A model generated the notes under the pieces. It was not told where the DNA came from, did no database searches, and worked only from the letters and a program-made list of their open reading frames with translations. Made by a program: the position numbers and the translations under genes. Shown here piece after piece: positions 49,689 to 64,000 of a DNA stretch of 64,000 bases; the stretch's first letter is position 1, and every line of letters starts with the position of its first letter. Source of the stretch: the human T2T-CHM13v2.0 reference genome, Homo sapiens; the NCBI RefSeq assembly GCF_009914755.1, contig NC_060928.1; one strand, given 5' to 3'.

Positions 49689-50015
49689 TTTTTTTTTTTT
49701 TGGCTTTTTTGTTTGTTTGTTTGAGACAGGGTCTCACTCTGTTGCCCAGAATGGAGGGTAGTGGTGTGATCACGGCTCACTGCAGCCTCAATCCCTGGGC
49801 TCAGGTAATCCTCCCACCTCAGCCACCTGAGTAACTGGGACTACTGGTGTGCCCCCCCCATGCCCAGCTATTTTTTGTATTTGTGTGTGTGTGCGTCTGT
49901 AGAGACAGGATTTTGCCATGTTGCCAGGCCAGTCTTGAACTCTGGGGCTCAAGTGACCTGCCCACCTCAGCCTCCCAAAGTGCTGGGATTACAGGCATGA
50001 GCAACTGAACCCAGC
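49689..50015 (-). mobile_element. Alu (AluJ-like)
   Basis: Reverse-complement dimer with (TG)n in the linker. Confidence 0.88.
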
Positions 50016-52436
50016 TGAAGCACAAAACTTTATGAGAGTGAATTGATTATGGAGAAATGGTGGAAATGTTGCCCTGATACACCAGTCAGAAGATGTGAGA
50101 AAACAGTTGAAACAGAAGCAAGGAAATGAGAATTTTGATGACAGTATTGCATCTGTCTGAGAGTTTGTTCTTTCTGCCAGTTCCTTGGGCTTATGCCTTA
50201 GTCTAGGGTGGAAGGGATGAATAACAGAAAAGCAAGGAGTGGTTCTCACACATGGCTCACTGTTGGGCACTGGGAACCGAGGCAAGTCTCCCCTGGAATC
50301 ATGGTGACAGAATGGTAGGGGAAGGCATGCTCTCCACTTTGGGATGTTTTTTTTTTTTTTTTTTTTTGGTCAATATTCAATATAATGGGAGGGCTGTTTT
50401 AAGGCAGATCTGTATTGACTCAGAGTGACCTTGATGGCCAACCCCCATGGTAGAGAAGAAGCATCTTGATTTGACTTTGTCAGCAAAATTGGGAAAGAGA
50501 GCCAGAGCAGAAGAAAAGGAAAGAACATGTGCCCAGGCGTGGCAGTACATGTTTGTTTGGGAGGTTCTCCCACTACCCCAGGAAGGTTGGAGAAAGGGGA
50601 GAAGGAGGCCTCACCCAAGTGGGTGGAAATGAACCAGATAAGTGTGTTATATTAAATCACCAAAATAAAGTGTCTCAAACACCTTTCAACTTACGCCAAA
50701 TCCTAAGTCATGACATTGCTAAGAGGCTACTTGCTGTTCTTTTCCCAATTTAATTTAGAGGCTTGCGGATTTCATTTGACACAGTCCTGTTAGGTATCTA
50801 CAAAGGTTCTATATGCAGCTGTAAATTTGCTTTTCTAAGAAAAGACTACAAAGATGCATCTTGATTTTTCACCTAAGTGTTCTTATGAAGATAAAACTCT
50901 TAAAAGATGAACTTCATATTTTCTTGGTTTATGACCGTTTTATTTTATTTTATTTTATTGTTTTTTGGCTTCTTAAGAAGGAGACTTTCACACCTAGAGA
51001 TGAGCTAGAGTTATTTTATGTGTGCATCTGCTATCTTCTAGACTTCTTCAGGGGTCACTGTCAGCAATTACCAAGCATTCGCCTTTTCTATTACTAATAA
51101 TTGTACATTTTTGTAATGCTGTTAAGCTCACAGAGCACAATAACCTAACACCTTAATATATTTTCTTCTCACAAGCTATGGGCTACATTTTACAGATAAG
51201 AAAACTAAAACTCGAATATTGTCTTCAAGGACTAGCTGCTAATGGGACAGATGCTGCCTAAAGCTGGGCCTCCTGGCTTTAAAGCTGTATTCTGTCTGCT
51301 ATGTAAAGGGATACTGTACTACCAGTAAGTGTTATTTATAAGTCATTTCTAAAACGTAATTCTATCCAGACCTTGTCAACCAAATCGATGAGCCGGAAAA
51401 AAATGATAGGTTTTCCCTCTCTTTGACATAATTGAGAAAATTGACCAAAATGCAGCCTATGGGAAGAAGAAAATTTTTCAGAAATCTCAAGTTGTAATTT
51501 TGGTGTATGTTTCTCTGATAGAAGTTTGCCAATACAATGTTGGGCATGTGCAGTGTGGCTCTTTCTTGATGCACTAATCTCTCATATAGAGTACACAACA
51601 TAGGGCTTGCTCCCTTTTACAATAAACTGCTGTCTTCTTTTGTCCCTGTCTTTCTCATTCAAAATCTGGGCAGGGCGCAGGAAAGCCCACAAGGAGACCA
51701 CAGAGTCACCCCTTGCTGATGCAACAATATGCCTAAAGCTGTTAAAACTACAAGCCATCCTCTTGTAAAACACCACAAGGCAAAGTGGGCATGGCCCACA
51801 TTTCTCCCTTGGTCATCCCTCAAAACTCTACCTTTTCTGATTTCATTTTCCCTTTAGTGTTCAATTTTATCTGATGTCCCTCATTTGAATATATTAGGGG
51901 CTGCCACGATTTCATTAGCCCTGTTTAGGCAGAAAACAAATACTGTTTCTCTTGTTGAATGACAGATTTTGCATGTTCTTCCTAGAATATATTACTTAAA
52001 AAACCCACTTGAGTTCCATTTTGTCCTGAGGTAAAAAGCTCACATGATTGATATGAGTAAAGTGTTTGAAACCATGGCACCTGGTCACTGATGGCTTCAG
52101 CACTAAAGCAAGTTAACTTGCTATTTCTGGAGGAATGACTGTCAGTTCAGCAATGTATTAGAACTTTTTTTTTTTTTTTTTTTTTTTACTGTGAGAAAGT
52201 TCCTCCTTTTTTAAATATTTTTTATTTTTTTATTATACTTTAAGATTTAGGGTACATGTGCACAACGTGCAGGTTTGTTACATGTGTATACATGTGCCAT
52301 GTTGGTGTGCTGTACCCATTAACTCGTCATTTAGCATTAGGTATATCTCCTAATGCTATCTCACCCCCCTCCCCCCACCCCACAACAGGCCCTGGTGTGT
52401 GATGTTCCCCTTCCTGTGTCCACGTGTTCTCATTGT

Positions 52437-56243
<3,807 letters not shown>

Positions 56244-56306
56244 TATGATGTTAGCTGGTTATTTTGCTCATTAGTTGATGCAGTTTCTTCCTAGCCTTAA
56301 TGGTCT

Positions 56307-57306
56307 TTACAATTTGGCATGTTTTTGCAGTGGCTGGTACCGGTTGTTCATTTCCATGTTTAGTGCTTCCTTCAGGAGCCATGTAAGGCCAGCCTGGTGG
56401 TGACAAAATCTCTCAGCATTTGCTTGTCTGTAAAGGATTTTATTTCTCCTTCACTTATGAAGCTTATTTTGGCTGGATATGAAATTCTGGGTTGAAAATT
56501 CTTTTCTTTAAGAATGTTGAATATTGGCCCCCACTCTCTTCTGGCTTGTAGAGTTTCTGCCAAGAGATCAGCTGTTAGTCTGATGGGACCCGACCTTTCT
56601 CTCTGGCTGCCCTTAGTATTTTTTCCTTCATTTCAACTTTGGTGAATCTGACAATTATGTGTCTTGGAGTTGCTCTTCTTGACGAATATCTTTGTGGTGT
56701 TCTCTGTATATCCTGAATTTGAATGTTGGCCTGCCTTGCTAGATTGGGGAAGTTCTCCTGGATAATATCCTGCAGAGTGTTTTCCAGTTTGGTTCCATTC
56801 TCCCGTCACTTTCAGGTACAGCAATCGGGTGTAGATTTGGTCTTTTCACATAGTCTTATATTTCTTGGAGGCTTTGTTCGTTTCTTTTTATTCTTTTTTC
56901 TCTAAGCTTCTCTTCTTGCTTCATTTCATTCATTTGATCTTCCATCACTGATACCCTTTCTTCCAGTTGATCGAATCGGCTACTGAGGCTTGTGCATTAG
57001 TCACGTAGTTCTCGTGCCGTGGTTTTCAGTTCTATCAGGTCCTTTAAGTACTTCTCTGCATTGGTTATTCTAGTTATCCATTCGTCTAATTTTTTTTCAA
57101 GGTTTTCAACTTCTTTGCCATGGGTTCAAACTTCCTCCTTTAGCTTGGAGAAGTTTGATCTTCTGAAGCCTTCTTCTCTCAACTTGTCAAAGTCATTCTC
57201 TGTCCAGCTTTGTTCTGTTGCTGTTGAGGAGCTGCATTCCTTTGGAGGAGGAGAGGTGCTCTGATTTTTTAGAATTTCCGGTTTTTCTGCTCTGTTTTTT
57301 CCCCAT
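56307..57306 (-). pseudogene. L1 ORF1p, disrupted
   Basis: MGKKQSRKTGNSK start at 57306; AETLQARREWGPIFNILKEKNFQPRISYPAK fragment; indels. Confidence 0.92.
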
Positions 57307-58346
57307 CTTTGTGGTTTTATCTACCTTTCGTCCTTGATAACGGTGACATACAGATGGGGTTTTGATGTGGATGTCCTTTCTGTCTGTTAGTTTTCCTTCT
57401 AACAGGTGTGTTGCAGTTAGCTGCACCTCAGCTGCAGGTGTGTTGGAGTTTGCTGGCGGTCCACTCCAGACCCTGTTTGCCTGGGTATCCACATTGGGGG
57501 CTGCAGAACAGCAAATATTGGTGAACAGCAAATGTTGCTGCCTGATCGTTCCTCTGGAAGTTTTGTCTCAGAGGAGTACCCAGCCGTGTGAGGGGTCAGG
57601 CTGCCCCTACTGGGGGTGCCTCCCAGTTAGGCTACTCAGGCGTCAGGGACCCACTTGAGGAGGCAGTCTGTCTGTTCTCAGATCTCAAGCTGTGTGCTGG
57701 GAGAACCACTACTGTCTTCCAAACTGTCAGACAGGGGCATTTAAGTCTGCAGAGGTTTCTGCTGCCTTTTGTTTGGCTGTGCCCTGCCCCGAGAGGTGGA
57801 GTCTACAGAGGCAGGCAGGCCTCCTTGAGCTGTGGTGGGCTCCACCCAGTTCGAGCTTCCTGGCTGCTTTGTTTACCTACTCAAGCCTAGGCAATTGCGG
57901 GTGCCCCTCCCCCAGCCTCACTGCCGCCTTGCAGTTTGATCTCAGACTGCTGTGCTAGCAATGAGCAAGGCTCCGTGGGCGTAGGACCCTCTGAGCCAGG
58001 CGTGGGATAAAATCTCCTGGTGTGCCGTTTGCTAAGACCATTGGAAAAGCGCAGTATTAGGGTGGGAGTGACCCGATTTTCCAGGTGCTGTCTGTCACCC
58101 CTTTCTTTAACTAGGAAAGGGAATTCCCTGACCTCTTGTGCTTCCCGGGTGAGGCAATGCCTCGCCATGCTTCGGCTCACACTCGGTGTGCTGCAACCAC
58201 AGTCCTGCACCCACTCTCCGACACTCCCCAATGAGATGAACCCAGTACCTCAGTTGGAAATACAGAAATCACCCGTCTTCTGTGTCGCTCACTTTGGGAG
58301 CTGTAGACTGGAGCTGTTCCTATTTGGCCATCTTGGCTCCACCTGC

Positions 58347-58487
58347 TTTTTTTTTTTTTTGAGACGGAGTCTCACTCTGTCACCCAGGTTGGAGTGCAGG
58401 GGCGTGATCTCGGCTCACTGCAAGCTCCGCCTCCCAGGTTTATGCCATTCTCCTGCCTCAGCCTCCTGAGTAGCTGGCACCACAGGC
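58347..58487 (-). mobile_element. 5'-truncated AluY-like right arm joined directly to the L1 5' end
   Basis: T14 then gagacggagtctc...gcaagctccgcctcc...tatgccattctcc...cacaggc; ends at the outer TSD. Confidence 0.9.
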
Positions 58488-59978
58488 AATGTATTAGAAC
58501 TTCTTTAGGTCCAACAGCAAGACACGGTGCAGAGCAGGAGAATTTCCTACCAGTTAGGTGGTAACCAAGAATAATTCTAGACAACAGCTAAGTGATGACA
58601 GGTGTAATCTTCCTGCATACATGGTTTCAGTGTCAAACGCACTATTTCAGTTTCTAACATATTCAAGCACGGACAATATATGAAACATGCACATTTGTGT
58701 ACTGTGTGGAGCACCTTTTGTTTTTCTGGCTATTGTTGTCTTGGTTCCTCTAATTTGCTTCCAGTTTGTGCAGGGCATGCCTAACAGTGAGCTGGAGGTC
58801 TGGATCTTGCAGGGGTTTGTCCCATAGTTTGGGTGACTTGGATAGGACCTGAACTTGTCCTACTGGAGCTGGTGTCCACTTGCTTAAGAGTGGCTAGTTC
58901 TTTCACTCAAAGCTGCTGCTCTGGAGAGCCATAGGTAGGTGTAGGAAATGGAGGTACAATGAACTTTCTAATCACTTCCCTTATGATAAGAATGCCTTTA
59001 TATTTGTATCTGATATCTGTGTTACAAAGCACTTTCAAGTTGCTAAATATTATGATTTCTGTAAGAATCTTGTTGTCAGGAAGGATTATTATCCAGAGTC
59101 CACAAATGGAGAAACTGAGAAACCTAGGGATAAGAAATAAGGAGTAAGAACAAATGTTACTTTTTGTTACCATTTACTGAGCACCTACTAGGTACCAGTC
59201 ATGGTCATCACTGCTGTATTCATATGATCACTGATTTGGGTATCAGACCTTAATCTCATTTCATTGACAAAGAATCTGATGCTAAATTGCTCAGTTAGGT
59301 AAATGTTTTCCTCAAGGATACAGAGAAAGTTCCAGAGCTGGATATAAACTCAGGCTCCTGTGGCTCCAAATCTCAGGGTCTTTCTACCATATCACACTTA
59401 GGTGATTTGCTCAAGGAAGCCGAGGTCTTCTGACTTTAGAACTAATTTGCTTTCCAATGCATCAAGATATCTCTTTGTGGTATAATCTTCTTATAGCTAT
59501 TTTAAAGCTCCTCTTTAACTGATGTGCTCTCCTATATTCCCTTTCTCACATACCTAGATTTCCCTAAGAAGAATGTCCAACTAAAAATGATGTTTCCTAA
59601 CATGGCTTGGTAGCACTTCGGGTTATAGCCAAATCATGATATTCTCAAAACAAAGGCAAGCTTAATTGCCTTTTTTTTCTTTTAAATAAAAAAGAAAATA
59701 CATACTGAGCAGCACTTTTTAGAAAGAAGAGGGTGGCATTATGGAATATTATTATCCTAGGCAAGCCTTGGGTTTGGAGCATTTCCACTTCTATTAGTCA
59801 AGGATCTTTCATTGAAAGAAAATTAACTCAAAACATCTTCAGGAACAAAGGCATTGACTAGTTCAGATTCATGAAAGGTCTTGGGTAGACTACATGCTGG
59901 CTCTGTCTTTTTCCACTTCTTACCTCTGTTTTCCTCTGTGTTGTTTTCATTCTCAGAGAGGCCCTCTCTAAGGGACAA

Positions 59979-60399
59979 TGTATTAGTTTGCTAGGGCTGC
60001 TGTAACTAAGTACCATATGCTGGTGGTTTAGGCAACAGAAATCTATTGTCTCCCAGTTCTGGAGGCTGGAGGTCCAAGATCAAGACACAAACAGGGTTAG
60101 TTCCTTCTTACGGCTATGAGGCAGAGTCTTTTCCAGGCCTCTCTCCTTGGCTTTTAGACAGCTGCCTTCTCCCTGTGTCTCTTCACATTATCTTCCCTCT
60201 ATGCCTCTGTCTCTGTCTGTCTGTGCCAAAGTTTCCCTTTTTATAGAGACATCAGTCATGTTGGATTAGGACCTACTATAATGATCTTATTTTTAATTGT
60301 AAAGACTGCATCACCAAATAAGATCATATTTTGAGGTCCTGGGAGTTAGGACTCCAACATATGAATTTGGCAGACAGGGGGGCAATTCAGCTTATAACA
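59979..60399 (-). mobile_element. MLT1B/C-like MaLR LTR
   Basis: tgtattagtttgctagggctgctgtaac...cagttctggaggctggaggtccaagatcaag...caacatatgaattt. Confidence 0.8.
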
Positions 60400-60944
60400 A
60401 GTGGGAAGATTGCTACTCCAGAGTTACAAGGTCTGGGTAGTTCCCAATCCTAGAGAAAAGTGAGCCACCCTCAAAGCATAGAATCTCCTGCGAGTCCGAC
60501 TGTCTCTGGCTGGTCAGGTGTGCATATCTTAGACCCATCCCTGTGGACATGTGGATGGTTTCTGGAGTGGTGGGGAGCCACAAGTGTTTTTTGTTTGTTT
60601 GTTTGTTTGTTTGTTTGTTTTGTAGTATAAGTGGGTGGAGTCAGCTCCTCTTCTCCAGTAACTTCCTCCTTAAGCCACTGTCCAATCAGCAATATAACCT
60701 ATGGGATTTTCAGTGTTCTAGGGGCAGCTCTGCCAAAAAAGGAGAATGTTTCCTGACTCCCCAAAAGCTAGAGGTCACCTTCATCATAAAGGGTTTTATT
60801 TATTTGCTTGTTTCTTTTAATCAAGACAACACCAATAGCAAGAATTTTATGGTCTAGGGATGAGCCAGTGGACTTTATGGAGCTAATGATGTTCCTTGGA
60901 AAATCAGAAGCCCACTCAACTATGTTGTTTCTTAGATTCATTCA

Positions 60945-61360
60945 TGTATAGTCAAGCTGGGCTAACTGTTCTTACAATCCCCAAATTTAGTGAATTCACA
61001 CAATAAAGGTGTATTTTTTGTTCATGTCATCATCCAATTCAGGACAAGGGGTCTCTGCCCCATTCAGTTGTTTGGGGACTCAGGCTTCTTCCACTTGGCT
61101 TCTTTGCCATGGGCCTTGGCGTCTTCTACTGGGTCATCTGCATCTGCCTGGCACACGGGGAGAGATGATGTGGAGGGTTGGTGTGGAGATTTTAGAGGAC
61201 TATCCTGAAAATGGCACCCATGATTTCTGCACATGTTCTATGGGCCAGAACTCTGTCACATGGCCTCTTCTAGATGGAAGAGGCTAGGAAATGTAATCTA
61301 AAAGCATGCTCAAGAGAAAGGAAAAGTGGATTTGTTGGGCATCTGACTATTTTCTGCCAC
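60945..61360 (-). mobile_element. Old MLT1 (J/K-like) LTR
   Basis: tgtatagtcaagctgggcta...ggccagaactctgtcacatggcc...ggctaggaaatgta...tctgccaca. Confidence 0.55.
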
Positions 61361-62240
61361 AACCTACCCATCCATCCACTTATCCATCTATCAACCTACT
61401 TAACATTTTTTTTTTTACACCTATTGTGTGTCAGGCACTTTGTTCATCAGGAGCTCACAGTTTCTGGGAAACAGGCTGAAAAAATGACCTCTACAATAGG
61501 GTTGGTGTTACAGGGAGATGTAAATAGGGCACTAGGGAAATATTAAAGAAGGAAAAACTCACTCTGCCTAGGGGTTGGGAAAGCCTTTCAGGAGTGAGGC
61601 TTAAACTGGACTTTGAGGAAGAAGTAGGATAGTGCAAGGGCATTCCATAGAAGGAACAGCATGGAGGAAGTCATGGAGTTGTGGAAAAGCATGATGTGTT
61701 TGAGAAATAGCTAGTAGTCCAGTGCAGCTGGAGGATAGAGAGTGTTGAGAAACTTCTCCCTCCCTAGGACTTTGGAGTGGCCTAAGAGGATGACTCCAGT
61801 CTTGTTGCCACTGGATTTGAATCTACAGTTCATTAGGTTATTATCTACAGTTTCCTGTTTCTTTGTTTCACATAGTTTTTGATCCTCATATGCAACAAAC
61901 ACCTGTCATGGGCCTGAGAATTCTCTAGTTCTAGGGAGAAGCAGAGAATGAAAAGTGGAACAGAGAAAAGGGAGGAGCCCATGTTTTGGTCCAATTCCCC
62001 TTGAAGTCTTAAGTTTGAATGTCATAGGTTTACCTTGAAATTTTATTGTGCAAGATTAACTAAATGAACACAATTGCTTTAACAGAATCTGAAGTAAATC
62101 AATATCTTCACCTCCCTCTGAAATAAATCAACAGCTGCTGAATATTTTAACATTGACCGCTCCTCTCCCAATTTACATAATTTTGTTATTTTTTATAAGT
62201 AAATTTAATGAGGGTCTGTTGGTAGTAAACTTTCTTAGTA

Positions 62241-62248
62241 TCTGTCTG

Positions 62249-62299
<51 letters not shown>

Positions 62300-62300
62300 G
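62241..62300. repeat. Compound tetranucleotide STR [TCTG]2[TCTA]12TCTG
   Basis: Read directly from the sequence. Confidence 0.95.
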
Positions 62301-62669
62301 GAAAATGTCTTTATTTAGGCAACAGACTAGGGACCAGGAAGGATGATTAAATATAGGCTCTGCCTCTCTGGTCTATAGCCTGCCTGGTGACATTACTTTC
62401 CATTTAGTCTCTCAATACATCTGTATTCTCTTTCAGTGACCATTTATATGAGGCTCTTACAAGTGCTTTATATTCTCCCATGCCAAACCTGTTTTTGATA
62501 TAACATTTAAGTTAGGAATCTTTTGGAAAATCCTCAAAGAACTGTCCCTTTACCTAAAGGATACATCCAAGAGGCAGGATTGTGGAAGCTGATTTACAAA
62601 CGGTGAAGCCAATGGAAAAATTGGTTTCTACAAGCCATAATTTAGATTTTACTACTGGCCTATCATTTT

Positions 62670-63160
62670 TGAAAATAAACCTATAATTGTGGAATATTTT
62701 TAGATTTACATTAAAGTTGCAAAAATACAAAGAGTTCACATGTGACTCTTACCAGATTCAGTTTCCCCTAATGCTTTCATTTTGTATTACTGACGTGCAC
62801 TTATCAAAACTAAATATATACATTGATATGTTACTATTAACTAAACTGCAGACTTTATTTAGATTTCACCATTTTTTTCCCATGAATGCCCCTTTTCTGT
62901 TATAGGATCCCACTAAGGATATTATAACATTGCATTTAGTCATCCTATCTCCTTAGTCTCCGCTGGTCTGTGACAGTTTCTCAAAGACTGATCTTGACAG
63001 TTTTGAATAGTGCTAGTCAGGTATTTTGTAGAATGTTCCCCAATTTGTCCATTAGACAAATTGTCCAACAAATGGTTAGAGTGGGGTTATAGGCTTATGG
63101 TGAAGACTACCACACAGATGAATTACTCTTCTTATCACATCATATCAGGGGATACATTGG
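62670..63160 (-). mobile_element. Old L1MC-like 3' fragment
   Basis: ttttagatttaca...actattaactaaactgcagactttatt...cattgcatttagt...gtcaggtattttgtagaatg. Confidence 0.65.
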
Positions 63161-63562
63161 TCCATCATTTTAAAGACTCGATTTCTTTGTTGTTGTTGTT
63201 TTTTCTCTCGAATCTCATGACAGATTAAGAATTGATTTCTTTTCTTAGAACCTTGAAAGGCCTTTAGGTTACTTCTTTCTTCATATGATATATCCTATGC
63301 AAATCTCTCCTGATTTGGCTCCTTACAATCTGCCGACAAACATTCTCTAACCTCTCCCACACTGCAGACACTTTGTCTTTTAATTCTGCCCTTCCCTCAA
63401 GCTGCTTATCTTCCTCTCCATCCTTCCCTTTCTACCTCTCTCTCTCTCACCACCACCTCTTTATCCCATTTCAGACCATCAGTTCACATCTGAACTTACT
63501 TGAGCTTTGGCTGGAGCCTCTTTCTAGCTTCTGATTTGTGTCCAAAGATCTGTGGCGATCAT

Positions 63563-64000
63563 TGTGATGGTTAATTTTATGTGTCAACTTGACTGGGCTA
63601 AGGGATGTCCAGATAGCTGGTAAACATCATTTCTAGGTGTGTGTATCAGGATGTTTCTGGAGGAGATTGTCATTTGAATCGGTGGACTGAATAAAGAAGG
63701 TTGCTGTAACTCACCTGTGTGGGCATCATCTAATCCTTTGAGGCCTGAATATAACAAAAAAGGTAGAGGCAGGGCAAAACCTCTCTATTCTTAAGTCTGG
63801 GTATCCATCTCCTCCTGTGCTCAGACATCAAAGTTCCTGGTTCTCAGGCCTTTGGACCCTTTGGGACCAATGGGACCTACACCATCAGCTCTACTGGTTC
63901 TCAAATCCTTGGACTTGGACTGATAAACACCACCAGCTTCCCTGGGTCTCTAGCATGCAAATGGTGTATTGTAAGACTTCTCATCCTCCTTAGAGCCAAT
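63563..64000 (+). mobile_element. MLT2 (ERVL) LTR, runs off the window end
   Basis: tgtgatggttaattttatgtgtcaacttgactgggctaaggg start typical of MLT2. Confidence 0.85.

Overview
Primate (human-like) non-coding genomic DNA dominated by interspersed repeats: about 35 Alu copies or fragments, two full-length but disabled L1PA4/5-like LINE-1s on the minus strand (14.5-20.7 kb and 52.2-58.3 kb), MaLR/ERV LTRs (MLT1, MLT2, MER57), DNA-transposon fossils (MER2, MER5A), old L1M/L2/MIR fragments, a Y1 RNA retropseudogene, a 1.6-kb palindromic minisatellite and a 450-bp polypyrimidine tract. I find no host protein-coding exon; the long ORFs are L1 remnants or repeat artefacts. I cannot identify the locus and I see no new gene system. 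The most notable observations are: (1) the two L1s have separate target-site duplications (TSDs) yet share about 10 non-consensus changes, including the same ORF2 frameshift, suggesting multi-kb interlocus gene conversion; (2) the second L1 sits in an Alu-L1-unique tag-poly(A) cassette bounded by one 17-bp TSD; (3) a 24-nt 5' fragment of tRNA-Glu appears retro-inserted, with A-tail and TSD, inside a MER2; (4) the minisatellite is built of ordered variant blocks of increasing palindromicity; (5) a 114-bp dispersed local duplication. Subfamily calls and consensus comparisons are from memory, and most repeat boundaries are approximate.
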